From: the human T2T-CHM13v2.0 reference genome, Homo sapiens
Assembly (NCBI RefSeq): GCF_009914755.1
Contig: NC_060938.1
Direction: 5' to 3' (one strand)
DNA length: 64,000 nucleotides
Position 1 is the stretch's first letter. The number at the start of each line of letters is the position of its first letter. A program made the translations under genes and the position numbers. The notes beneath the pieces are model-generated. The model made no database searches. It saw nothing but the letters and a program-made list of their open reading frames with translations, and had not been told where the DNA came from. Below, in pieces: positions 12,689 through 35,598 of the stretch.

Positions 12689-14349
12689 CCTGTTATCTAC
12701 TCATGCCTGTCATTCCAGAAATTTTCTTGCTTCTTTTTCTGCATCTGAAATTTTAATTTCTCCACCAAGTTCTTCACATCAAAAAACAAAAAAAGAAGTT
12801 ATTTCTTTTAACCTGAAAAAAACCAATAACTCATAAAGAGCTAATGAATAAATTTATCTCAAATGTTTGATAACTTTAATAACTTTAATATTCACAGGTT
12901 ATATTTATCAACAGATTGCCTTAGGAAAAGAAAAAGACTTCCCATAAACTAGAAGAAAATGTAAAATATAACCAACATATAAACAGCAATGTGTTAAAGA
13001 ATAATACATAAAGAATAATACAAATAACACAATTAAATAATGAACAAAGGATATAGACATTATACAAAATATGAAACATGAATACACAATATATAATGCT
13101 TTATATTAGTAATCAGGGAAATGCTATTAAACATAGAACAGGATGATGTTTTACATTAGCCAGCTTGACAAAAATTGAAAATTTCAATCACAACTGTCAG
13201 AGAAATTATAGAACAAAGGAGACTCTTATACATGACTTGTAAGTAATGAGATGGGGAAGAGGACATAGAAGTCACTGCCTCACAATCAATGGCGGTTACT
13301 CAGCTCACTAGTCAGCAACGTGTGCTGTAAGTTTCACAATCATTTTGTGCTTTTTGTGAGAGAAATAGTTTAACAAAAGTATAATTTTTATTAATCTCAC
13401 AATAAATTTGACCTAACATTTTATGTGATTGAATTCCTTTAGACCCCATTATTTTATTATGGCTAGTTTCCTGTGTTTTGTTTTGTAGATACATATAATA
13501 ACTTTAAAAGACAGAAAAATTTTGTAACATCAGTTACTTCCGGGAGTGAAAGTGGGAGGAATTTTTTTTTTACTATGTATTACTTACCTTTTAAATTTTA
13601 CACTAGGATAATGTATTACTATATTCTGTAACAAAATTAAAATATAACATTTTAAAAAGTTTTAAATTAAAATAAAAAGTTCAGTAGATGAGAGATTCTA
13701 ATCAGGAGCTAATGACTGATTCCACTATAAACAACTAGAAAACTAGACAAACTATATAAAAAATCATTTTCAAACATTAGACAATCAGCAGCTAAGGACT
13801 GTTTTTCTCCAGTTGAGAAGAGACACAAACAATGCAACCCCTACAATAGCCTCTTATTTCTGCCTGGGGATACTTACTGGACAACACCATTGACAGCAGA
13901 ACCCAGACAGAGCTTGGAGAAGTCCCTGAATTGAAGAGAGAGAAACATTATTTTAGGAGGGCTAAGTGAGCATCTCAAATTTAAAATAATGGACTATACA
14001 AAGAAAGAGCTCCAGAAATCAGCATAGGTTTCCCCTGAGTGACCCAGGGACTGGCTAATTCAGTAAGCATCCAGCCCCGGATCTCGTGTCTAATTTCCCC
14101 TCCTGAATGTCCAGGATCACCACCTTGAGCTGTCTTCATATCTGCAAATGACAGATTCATCTCTGCCCCTCAGGACTGCATAAACCTGTGCAAATACTTT
14201 CTACTTTTTATGAAAAGCACACTAATTTCACAAGCAAGTAGCATTTCCTGTGTTTTGGAGGATCAGCTCAAGCTTTGGAATTCAAAGTTATAGGTTAGAC
14301 CCTTTACTCACTTCACCTTTCTCTGCATACTTGTGCCTGATTTTTCCTC

Positions 14350-15330
<981 letters not shown>

Positions 15331-15499
15331 GGGGTGTGTGGGGGGGAAGATTCTAAATATAATTAGAACTGGCATCTAAATTAATTTTAGTCGGTATGTG
15401 TGTGCGCGTCGTGTGTGTGGATGTGTGGATGTAAATGGCAGTAAAGGGTAAAAAGGGAAGGCGGTAAAAAGGGAGATGGTCTAATATTTTCAACACATT

Positions 15500-17508
15500 T
15501 TTTATTTTTATTTTTGTTTTCTTTTGTGTTTTATTTATATATTTTTGGCAGCAAAATCGTGTTTACTAAAAAAAAAAATCTGGACTATGAACACACTTCA
15601 CTGCTTTGAAGAACTCCAAGCCAAATAAAAGGACCAATCAATATTAAAAGCAGTATAACTGGTTACTTTCTTAAAAATACATAAAAAGAATCAAATGCAA
15701 CCGTGTAGGAAGACAATCACCCCCATGTCAGAAGTCATGACTTCTTCCAAATAAAGAATATGACCCACCTGCCGTAGTGAATCAATATTTATTTCAGGAC
15801 ATGCCATGTCAAAATAAAACAAAGAGTCAACCCTTGCCTTTAGTAATTATATTGTATTATAAAAGCACTTTATAAGCACATCCCATGTTTAAGTGTAAGT
15901 TACTGGTATGTGGGCTAATGATTATCTGTAAGCATTTATCTATTCAGATCCATAATCCAAGTGCTCTCTGAATATTACAAGGTGACAATAAGTGAGAAGT
16001 GGAGGAGGAAGAGGAAAGAGAGGGGACTAAGGTTCTCCCAGTTTAAGGTTTTATTGCAATGAGGGGCTGAGGAAGTATGAAGATATTTTTGTTGTCTTTT
16101 CATCTTTATGCTGTGTTAAGTAATGTTTACAACATAAATTCAGCAGGCTTTTCCTGACCTGTAACTCAGAAGTTTTCTTCCTGCAAACGATGTATTTACA
16201 AATGTGTTAATTAGCTTACACAGCAATCTCACAATATAGTAAAGATTAAAAGGGCACACTCCTAGTATATTTGTTTGCAGTGTTTTAAGAGAAATACATA
16301 TTGCTGTGGTGAAGCTCTAAATAGATTCGACAAAATATCTAAAAATTAAAAGTTGTTTAAAAAAAAGCAAAGAAATATCACCAAAGAAAAAAGATTAATC
16401 GTAGCTTAAATATAAAACTAAATCATTAGTTAATTAAAGTATACAGATCTAATACAAACCAAAACCAGCCTGAAAGACCCAATCTTAAAAAATGCTAAAA
16501 AATAATGCATAAATCTGCATAATATTGAGTTTTATTTCCATTCTCTCCTTTCCCTCTACTATTTATGCTTTACCTGATCTGCCTCTAGAGGCTTACAAGA
16601 AAATGGTTTCCGGTTTCCGTCTTCAATTTGACCTCAAATGTCCCGAGCAAAGTTTTTGCTATTCTGCTGAGGGTTCTTTTGTTGGTAAGCTTTAGATATC
16701 GTTATTTCTGCTAATTCAGTAGTTTTGATGGTAGTGACAAATTTAAATTCTTCCACTGGTTCTTCTGGAAAGAATTAAACTTTTACAGTGTCTTGCCTCC
16801 ATAGTATTATTTTTTTAAAAAAGAAAACCCAAGCAAAATCTATTGCTTAAAGAGGTTTCTTATTTTTTAAATAGAGTAACTCTTGACAATTTTAAAACCT
16901 TGGGAGAAATAGTTCATTAGAACTTCATTATCTTACCATGAAGAATTAAATACTAAAAACCTGTTCTGAAGCACTTGGTTACTTTTCTCTCCCAGAGTCT
17001 AATAAAGCACATGTGAAAGGATCATTTGTTTTAGTCAGAAATACATTTTATGTTCTGCTACTTATAAGTACTCGTATGTTCTTTAGGACTCATTTTGAAG
17101 ATGCACCAGGAGGCTTTTCTCATTCAAGCACTGCCTACCATGATCGCTGAATTCTGACCTCAAAGAAGATCTAAGTAATTTATATCAGTGCTCAAGAATA
17201 ATTTTGGATATCTTGGCCACAGCCTACAGCAAGTGGTATCTGTAAAATTAAAGGATAATTCCAGTGGGCTTGGTCGGACTGCTGTTTTGCCATCTCTTGT
17301 TTGTTTTGAGGAAGTCGGGGGAGGCTAGGTAAGAACAGGGAAATAGGGAACGGGGTAAGGGAGAGGTGAGAAAAGCAAGGAGAGATAAAGTAGGCTGTGA
17401 ACATACTGCTCGTTAACCAAGCCATACTTATACTGTTGAGATTTCCATCATTTTGAAGTACATTATCATAACATTTAAAAAGAAAAAAATGTTAAGAAAA
17501 TGTATCTA
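15500..17508 (-). pseudogene. Retrocopied mRNA 3'UTR, probably RAB6A/RAB6C-type, without CDS
   Basis: ~2 kb non-repeat sequence ending on - in AGTAAA..cacgattttgctgcc plus a degenerate A-tail (~15498-15546). The 5' part (tagatacattttcttaacattttttt..gatggaaatctcaacagtat..) matches my recollection of the RAB6A 3'UTR. No RAB6 coding sequence upstream. Confidence 0.62.
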
Positions 17509-17619
17509 CAAAGAAAAAAAAAATAAAGAAGTCATCCACCATGGACACTGAGTCTGATAACCACATACTTTCCTCAGCATAAATCTCCCAGTAGAGTTGC
17601 TTTTAGAAAATAGAAGTCA

Positions 17620-18008
<389 letters not shown>

Positions 18009-18639
18009 TCACAGCCTTTCTCAAAAAACAAACAAACAAAAAAACCCAACAAACAAACAAAAAAACCACCACCACCACCACCACCACCACAACAATAAAA
18101 CAGGTTTTAAGTGACCTAATAGGTATTCTGTGTCTCTGGTTCTCTTTCAGAGACTAAAAGACTAGGAGCCTGGCTTCTAGTTTTCAAAAGAGCTAAGTGA
18201 CTGACCTAGGCCAATGACTCGCAATCCTCGTTTTACAGTTGAACCACCTGAGGAGCTTTTTCAAAATACACATGTCTGGTTTCCAGACCCAGAGGTTCTG
18301 ATTGGGTAAGTCTTGCCTCAGAGATGGGAATGTGTTATTTTTAAAAGCTCCACAGGTAATTCTAGAAGGCAATGCCAGTTAAAAGCCCCCAAACCAGACC
18401 CCATTCAGCAGATGCTATTGTAGGTTAATACTGTGTGAGAACCCTAGAAAAAATTATATTTGTACTTTATATAAGCATATACAGAAAGTGTGGTACAATG
18501 AAAAACATGGTTATAGTAATGCCAAATTGCCTTCCAATTAATTTATCAAGGTATTAATTAATTGAATTAATTTCTGGTCAAGATATACTATCACCGCTAT
18601 TATTTTTCTTTTCTAAAAGTGGAAAATAAGATACTCTAG

Positions 18640-22273
<3,634 letters not shown>

Positions 22274-23289
22274 CTAGCCATTTTAACTTGTATTTATTTG
22301 ATTACGAAGTGAGGTTCAACTCTTCTTTGAAAGGTGCTTGTAGTTCTTGTTACATAATAATATTTTAACAAGAAAAATAGAACGGTTTTTCCTTAGGGAT
22401 AAATAAATAAAATAGTATCTCTTTGAGGCCAACATTCATGTTCATTGTTAACTTTTTACAACCTGGAGTTTTCCATTCAGAATATACGGCTTATTCTCTT
22501 AGTTCAGAAATTAGATTCTTGCTGCTTGTTTACCCCAGTTGGCTCTGCAGCCCTGAGAAAGGTTTTTCAGTTCTTGCAAACACTTATATGTAGAGTAGAT
22601 TTTATTACCATGTAGAAACAGAATAGAAGTTCTTGACAAGTGGAAGTCCTCTGTGATAGGGCAGCCTCGAGTGACCAAAACAGGTAAATTGTGAAGATTT
22701 TCAAGTATCAGAAGTAACATTTTTTCCTAAGGCAGGAAACAGTATACTCACAAAGAGATTTTTACATCTGCCTGGGTCTTGGTAGAATCATTAATGGAAT
22801 GCGAATTAAATTAAGAAAACTTTCTTAAAAGACTTTTGTCTTTTAAATAGGTAAAATGAGCTGAGAATACAGATAAAGGTGCGTGAATGAGAACAAGTTA
22901 TGATGACCCCAGGAAAACCCTTCTCCGGGTTACCTGGCCGTCAGCTGTGACCCCTCTGAAGGAGGAGGAAACAAGCACTGCTGTTGAGTGAGCCTGCTCT
23001 TCCAAGATGCCAACTCATCTTTATTTTTCTTTCCTAAGTATCTTACACATTTACAGGATCATATAAATTTATTTTCCAAAACAAAATATTTTTGTTGTTT
23101 TGCCCATTTCAAAACAAACACGTTTATTTTTAAGTTAATAATGTTGTTAAAAACTCAGTTTATAAAATTGAAAGTTGCTAGGAGTGGTGGCTCATGCCTG
23201 TAATCCAATTATATATATACATATAGATATAATCTCTTCTATAATTGGTTTCCATTGTCATATATGCCTATTTTAAATTGTATTTTATT

Positions 23290-25828
<2,539 letters not shown>

Positions 25829-26636
25829 AGGGGGTGGAAAAAGAACAGATAGTGGAATTTATCAAATGCCACTTCTGCATTTATTAAGATATTCATGTGA
25901 TCTTTCTCCTTTAATCTGTTAATGTAGAAAATTATACTGTTTTTACATATATTGTTTTTAAAATTATAAATAAAAGTCATCCAAATAAGACTTATTTATA
26001 TACAGATGAGACTGTGGCAAGCCATTCACTTCCATTGGGTCATTTTTTTTTTTTTTTTTTGCACTTCGTTTTAAGCAATTGAATTTCAATGACAATATAA
26101 GCAGGTGTTTATCATGAGTGTGTGCCAGGCTCCTTTCTGAGCACTTTGTGTGTATTATCCCATAAATTATCTCAACACTCAATGAGCTAGCTACTGCCAT
26201 TCTTGTTTTTCAGCTGAGAAAACTGATTCGGAGAGATACTGAGTGATTTGCCCAGGTCACAGCTGGTAGGTAGCCACGCTAGGATTTACATCTGGTCTAT
26301 CTTCAAAACATTTGATCTGAAGCCATACCAGTACGTTTTACTCCATCCACCCATCAGAATCACATGAGAAACAGTCTTATAATACTGTGCCCCAGAGAGT
26401 AGCCAGCCAGACTGGTTCTCAGGAATAGTGTACCATCCAAAATACATTTATTAGAAAAGAAGAAAGAAGAAAAATAAACAAACCATCCAAGATAAGAAGC
26501 CAGAGAAAAGCAGCAAAATAAACCCAATGAAAGTAATGGAAGGTATAAATTTTAAAAAATGATATAGAAGACAATAATTCCCATGAAACTGTAAGATTAA
26601 CATTCTGGTGTTTAAATTTTGTTTTTTCTTTTTTAG

Positions 26637-28410
26637 GCATAAAGGCATCACAAGTGGTCATGCTCAGCTACTCTGGTTCCTACAGACTTTCCTCTTTGGG
26701 ATAGCATCTCTCACCATCTTGACTGCTTACCAACAGAAGCATCAAAACCAAACTTGAGGATGTCCACAAGCTTGCTCTACACATCCTCATCTTTTTTGTG
26801 TGTGTTTGTGGGGGTAAGGGAGGTGCAGTATTTACTCAGTGATCTTTTCTACTTTCTAGAAAGTGTCTGTCCTTCAAAACTATTTAAGAGCCTCTCATTA
26901 GTCATTTTTTCCCTTAAATGCTCTGGTTGAGCTTGAATAGACCAGTTGTTGCTTAAGAAAGAAACTGAGAAAGATTTTAGCTTTTCAGTCCTATTTGGCA
27001 GAGAACTTCAGCTACCTTCTTATGGACTTTGGCTGTGCTGGTGCCCTCGTGTGCTCTGGGCTAAGCCACATACTAAATTGACTTTTTGGTTTGTATACCC
27101 TTGCTCTCGCCTTCTGATGAAAACACCTTACGCTCACCACCACCATCTTTGCTCTCCTTTCCCAAAGCTCTTTCCGCCTTGCTGCACCAGATAAAGTGAC
27201 ACCTCCACCATACGTCAATTCCACACACATTTATTAGGTACCTGTGAGGCAGGATCTTGTCCTCTTAAACTTCCACTTCTCACGCTAGAGAGAAAGATAA
27301 GGAAGATGAGCAAGTGCCTGGAATGGGTCAAGCTGAGCGCTCACACAGGCACACTGAGAACCCACAGGGGAGACTGCAGAGTGCCTTCCCTGATGCTGCA
27401 GCTGGAAGCGATCCTTCCCTCCACCTGGCCCTTGGGACACTCTGCTCTGCAGTGTGCAGTCTGATGGCGCTGCTAGATTGCTTTTTCTGCTCAGGGCCAC
27501 AGCTTAAACAGCTTTACCTTTCCCCTCAGCACCTGTCCCACTACCTTGCACACAGGTACTCTATCCATGTTTATTGAACAAAGGAGGGAAACTGATTTCA
27601 CTTTCACTTGTTCATTATCATTCCAATTTTTATATGAAAATGGCACAACCCATGTGGGGTACACTCATCTCAAAAGAAAAGCCCAAGACTACCTTTGACT
27701 GGTACCACCTTTTTTTGTGGGTTCCTTGGTAAGAAACCTTTATCTTTTTCATACTTTTCTATTCTCCATCACTTCTCCAAAAGTGTCTCTTTCCAGCTCT
27801 GATTTATTCAAAACACATAAACATTCCTGTTTAGAGATTCTAGCCCATGGATTATCCAGCTAGTTAGTACCTCTCCTTCTCACTTGGTTATATTTTATTA
27901 TTGCTCAGAGGTTGGGGAGGCAGAATGACTGTGTCCCCTCATCCTGGCAGAATGACTGTGTCACCACTAGGAGCCATGAGGGCTTCTTCCCAGGAGGACT
28001 GCCTGCTTGCTCTCTGGGGACTAGCCCTCATTTCCCTTCCGTGGTCCAGTGGGGCAAGTGATTTGTATTAGACAAACATTTATAAGAAACAACCCCCTCC
28101 CCAAAAGAGAGCCACCAAGTAAAGCACAAGCCTGAAAGATTATGAACTATGAATTGTCTCTAGTGGACATAAATTTCTGCAAATATATCTCAGTCTTTCC
28201 CTCTTTTCTCTGGTGATTAAGAAGTTGGTTTTTGGTAAGGAAAGGGATTTTTGACCATAGAGTTAGGCATCATGGAAATTCAAACCCGATTTCTTAATAC
28301 CTGGTCTTCTCCGAAGAGAAATAATGATAGTAATAGTGGTGCTGGGAACAATATGGAAGATTATTGAATGAAATGGATTAACTTTAATAAAATGCTGTGA
28401 ATTATCTCTA
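26637..28410 (+). pseudogene. TMEM254P: TMEM254 terminal exon (unprocessed duplicated fragment); coding part 26637-26757, then 3'UTR
   Basis: Polypyrimidine tract + AG (26635-26636), then HKGITSGHAQLLWFLQTFLFGIASLTILTAYQQKHQNQT*, matching the TMEM254 C-terminus (HKGITSGRAQLLWFLQTFFFGIASLTILIAY..). AATAAA at 28386-28391. Upstream exons not found. Confidence 0.88.
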
Positions 28411-28756
28411 GCTGAATGCTTTTCTTGTATTTGTCAGTTTTGATATATTGATGCACATTTGATTCTTTTTCTCAAATAGACTTTACTAGGGAACTGTTTA
28501 TACACTTCAGATCTCAGTTTGTTTTTCAGATAAAGAAATGCAAAGCACTGTGGTTGTCAGGTATATATGTATTATATTTGTAGACCTGTTCATGCCCCAC
28601 TTACCTCCTCCACGTACAGTGAATCACTAGGGTAGACATGAGTGTCTCCTTTTCATTGTAGGATTGTCTCCTTTTTGTTTCTGTTTTTATTCAACATTTG
28701 ATAAAGTCTATGCACTAAGTATGGAGTGTTCTGGCATTTTTTTAATGCACAAAGTC

Positions 28757-29445
<689 letters not shown>

Positions 29446-30850
29446 ATAAAATCCTGTCATCTTATTTGGGGTATTATCATGGCTTAGTTGCAAAGGGGGA
29501 TCTAGTGAGCAAATGGTGCAGATCATTCCATTCATAGAACCATAAACATCTCAGCGAGGTAAAGTAACTTGCCCAGTATCACACAGACAGACATGATTCT
29601 GGGCGTCGTGTTGCCCACCTCCCCCATTATCCAGGAGTTTAGTAGTAAGTCTGTGAAGCAACAAATTTAAAAATAGACATCCTGGCTTTGTGTGGTAGTC
29701 ATGGTGGTGATATGGGAGAAACAGCTTTATGTTGATTTTGGATGAGAAAAGGCCAGAGCCATCTTGGTGGAAGCAACCATGGAAAAAAACCAGGCTAAAC
29801 TGTTTTCTTACCCACCCCTTAGATTTGCAAGGCACATATAGTTTGGAAAAATAAAAAAGTAAGGACAAAACAAAAAACAAAAAAACAAAAACAAAGCAAA
29901 ACAAAACAAAAAAAAAAACAGACTAATGACCTCAGAACTTAATAGCAGGCCCAATTTATAAACTAACAGTGTTTCCTACATTCAACATGTTTATGATTCC
30001 ACGCAGTCTAAACATGCTTTAAAGCCACGGTGTTAACATAAGCCTGGGTTAGGTTTAAGAGGTTATATTCCAGATGTGTAAAGAGGCTTTTTAGAAAAAC
30101 AACTTGCAATCTCAGAAAGCCCTTATATCTTTACACTGAGGGTCTGAGAACACGAAAGAGAAGTCAAAGAACCTGCAACTGAGGTCAGAGAGCACAGTGC
30201 AATCACATTTTTATCTTGCTAGGGCCCTTTCTGGAGTCTCATTAATTAAAGCTCTTAGTTTAGCAACCTGGGTTGTGAATATTTTTCCTTCCCTTTCTTG
30301 TCAGCACAGTGAAAAAAATGCTAGTAGGGTAGCTGAGTAACACACTTTAAGACAATGGAAACATTCTCTCTGTGAGGATCCTTGTCCACAACAAGTTGTG
30401 AATTATGTTTCCATTTTCATCCACGCTGGACAATAGGAGTCTTTAATGTTCCCATTTCTCTTCTTGGAGAGGAGATTTGTGCTCTGATTCCACAGTAAGC
30501 GTTTGAAAATCCTACTCAAAATACTGTATTTGCTACTTCTGCGAAGCATTTTAAGATGGCTTCTAAGCTTTTATAAAGGATTAAGTACATCAATTGCCTC
30601 ATTTCTATTTGTAGTAAGTCATTATGTTGGATTAAGGGAAATACTTCTGGTATACAATGAATACTGTTCAGTTACATAGGTGTGGGAAATGGAAAAGTAA
30701 TTTTTAAAAGTAAGAAAGAAACAAAAATGCTGTTCAGGGAAATATTCATGAATGAACATTTACTTACTTTTTCCTTGTATTAATACATTGCACAGGATTA
30801 AATTGAAGAAATCTTAACATTGTTATAAATGAGAGGAATGGCATCTATAA

Positions 30851-31285
<435 letters not shown>

Positions 31286-31544
31286 TAAAAAAAAATTCCT
31301 AAACAAGGATAACTATGAAATTCCAGACTTGGTTTGTTCATTATATTTTTTCTAATACATATGAAAAGAAAGGATAATTATTACCTAAAATCACCATGCA
31401 TACTGGTGATACATTTGACACGCTTAAAAATCAGAAAGTATTACCCTACTAGTTGAGATTGAAGATGGGATTTAACCTGGCTCTAGCCACAGGATTTTAG
31501 ACAAGTTTGTCACCTTTCCGGACCTTGGTTTCATCATTAAAATA

Positions 31545-32255
<711 letters not shown>

Positions 32256-32467
32256 TTAAAAAAAGATCCTAAAATTTGTATGGCACTTTGGGAAGTCGGG
32301 GGAGGCGGATCACTTGAGGTCAGGAGTTTGAGACCAACCTGGCCAACATGGTGAAACCCTGTCTGTACTAAAAATACAAAAATTAGCCAGGCATGGTGGT
32401 GCCTGCTTGTAATCCCAGCTCCTTGGGAGGCTGAGGCAGGAGAATCACTTGAACCCTGGAGGTGGAG

Positions 32468-32710
32468 GGAGAGAAAGAAAAGAAAAAGAAGAGAAGAGAA
32501 AAGAAGAGAAGAGAAGAGAGGAGGGAAGGAGGAAGGGTGGAGGGAGGGAAGGAAAGAAGGAGAAAGAAAAAAGAAAGAAAGAAGAAAGAAAGAAAAGAAA
32601 GAAAGAGAGAAAGAGACAGAGAAAGAGAAAGGAGGGAAGGAGGAAGGAAGGAAAGAAGGAAGGAAGGAAGGGAGGGAGGGAGGGAAAATAAAGCAGAGAA
32701 AGAAAGAAAC
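32468..32710. repeat. ~240-bp purine (GA-rich) simple repeat
   Basis: Directly visible: (GAAA)n/(GGAA)n/(GAAGA)n. Confidence 0.92.
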
Positions 32711-35111
32711 TTTGTAAACTATAACACGTAAAGCACGAGTACAGTTTTCCTGGAAGGTTTGTGATTGCCCACATTGCAGCCTGTGCTCCTCAAACTTGAC
32801 CACATGGATGGATAGACCACTTTGAGTAGCAAAATAGAGAAAATTTAGAACTAGAAATCACATAGTTCAGCCTTGATTTCTGAGGCTTAGCGTTGGTTTC
32901 TATATGTACCAACACCGTCAATAAGAAAAACTGCTAGGCACTGTTCCTGGGAGGTTAGTAGTTAATGTCAATAGTGTTTGGAGTCATAACACAATCCGGC
33001 AAAGAGCGTTGTTCCAGGGCTGAAAATGCTGATGGAATCAGCCAACTGACCTATCCACACACTCCTCCCTCCCGGAGAAGAAAAATTAGGCATTAGGTCT
33101 TTTCAAAGTAAAAAAAACTCAATACTTTTCAAATATTTATTTTGTTCTGTAAACTGATATAAAATATCCAAAATCCACAACTGCTGTTTGAGGTGACCAT
33201 TATCCCCATTTTATAGTTGAAGATACTATAAAATATTATAAACATGAAGATACTGGCTGGGCACAGTGGCTCACATCTGTAATCCCAGCACTTCAGGAAG
33301 CTGAGGCAGGAGGATGGCTTGAGCCCAGGAGTTCAAGAACAGCCTGGGGCAACATGGCCAGACCCAGTCTCTACAAAAAATTAGCCAGGCGTGGTGGCAC
33401 ATGTCTGTGATCTCCGCTACTGGGGAGGCTGAAGTGGGAGGATCACCTGAGCACAGAGATGTCCAGGCTGCAGTGAGCCGTGATTATGCCACTGCTCTCC
33501 AGCATGGGCCACAGAGTGACATCCTGTTTAAAAAAAAAAAAGGAAAAGAAAAAGACAATAACACACCACCTCATTCATTCATTCTATATAAATACATAAA
33601 TAAGATACTACATGGTAGAGAATCCCTGCCAAGATGTTCAAAATCAACCCTAAACAGACAGTGGAAGGACAGGAGAGAGACACATGGATTCCTAACACCA
33701 AGCAGGGAAATTAGGGAATTTCTCACTACCCTCTCTGAGACTGAAGACTACTGAAATTAGTGTGGGGGTGGAGCCTGGGCATCATGAAGAACTGGTTGGG
33801 CAGCCTTTACATTCTGCTCTTGTTCCCTCAAGTTGCCTTCAGAGAGACAGTCATCAGCCTGACTCCTTCAGCATGACAGTTAACAGTGCCCGGAGCATTG
33901 TCCACTCATATCAGCAACACAGACTCTGCGGGGGCATGGGAGAGAATTCACAAAAATAGACACAGACAGCCCTCAGGTAGTTCCTTCATGGTACTTCCAA
34001 CCAAATTGCCAGGACTGTAGATTATCTTATTTCCTCCTAAGGGTTCAAAAGTGAAAACTCCAGCCAAAGGAGTGACTAGTGGATTGGCCTCAGACAGGGA
34101 TTCACTAAGGGGTCTGTGATCCCTGGATTCTCAGTCCTCACATGGCCGGGACCAACACAGATGAGGCTGGCCTTGGCCCCTCCCAGTATGTAAGACCAAA
34201 CATTTTCCCAAAGGAAAATGAGCCCACAGCCAAATAACTGGACAGTTGAGGAGGAAAAGTCTACACAAGCAGCACGTATCATCTGATCACACATGTTGAA
34301 GCAGAAGGTCCCAAAATCTAATAATGCTCCTTAAATAGGAGACAAGAGAAAATGTTAGCAATATGCAGCAAGAACAAGATATCATAAAAAAAACTAAGTG
34401 AAAATATTAGGTAGGAAAAATAAAATAGTTAAAACAAAGAATTTGATAAATGGAAATTAATCAAATTTGACAAATGAAATAGAATGGATATAGTTGAAGA
34501 AAGAATATATGAACACATGATTGTGGCAGTCTCACAATAAGACTAAAACATAAGAAATAGAGAAGAAAAGCTTGGAAATGTGGATGATAAACATAAAAGT
34601 GCGAACACCTGAGCAATAAATTCAGCTGGCGTAAGAAGGAAAAATAGAATGGAGGAAATACTTGAACAAATAATGGAGATACATTTCCAAAAAAATGACC
34701 TTATTTGAAAAGACTTATAAAGAAGAGCTAACAAGAGATAAGGAAAAATCAATTCCTAGGTACAACTATAAAATTTAAAAATATTAAGTAAAAAAAAAAT
34801 AAATAAAAATAATGAGGAGACTGGGCACAGTGGCTTATGCCTGTAATCCCAACACTTTGCGAGGCCAAAGCGGGAGGATCACTTGAGGCCAGGAGTTCGA
34901 GACAAGCCTGAACAACATTTTGAGACCCTATCTATCTTTACAAAATATTAAAAAAATATTAGCTAGTCATGGTGGCACTTGCCTGTAGTCCTAGCTACTG
35001 GGGAGGCTCAGGTAGGAGGATCACTTTAGCCCAGGAGGTCAAGGCTGCAGTGAGCTGTGATCATGCACTGCTGCGCTCCAACCTGGGCCATAGAGTGAGA
35101 CCCTCTCTCAA

Positions 35112-35152
<41 letters not shown>

Positions 35153-35263
35153 TAATAAAAGACAAGGAGAAAGCTCTAAAAGCTTCCAGAGAGAGAACAG
35201 ATCATCTTCAAACTACATAGTAGTTATAAAGTATTAGGAGACAGTAATTTTGAAGGTAGAATT

Positions 35264-35298
<35 letters not shown>

Positions 35299-35391
35299 TT
35301 TTTTGAGACAGAGTCTCGATCTGTTGTCCAGGCTGGAGTGCAGTGATGCAATCTTGGCTCACAGCAACCTCCACCTCCTGGGTTCAAGTGA

Positions 35392-35598
<207 letters not shown>

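Noticed and set aside
22851-22987. AG...GTGAG-bounded exon-like segment
   Set aside because: No homology or ORF support. It may be a lncRNA exon, but that cannot be supported from sequence alone.
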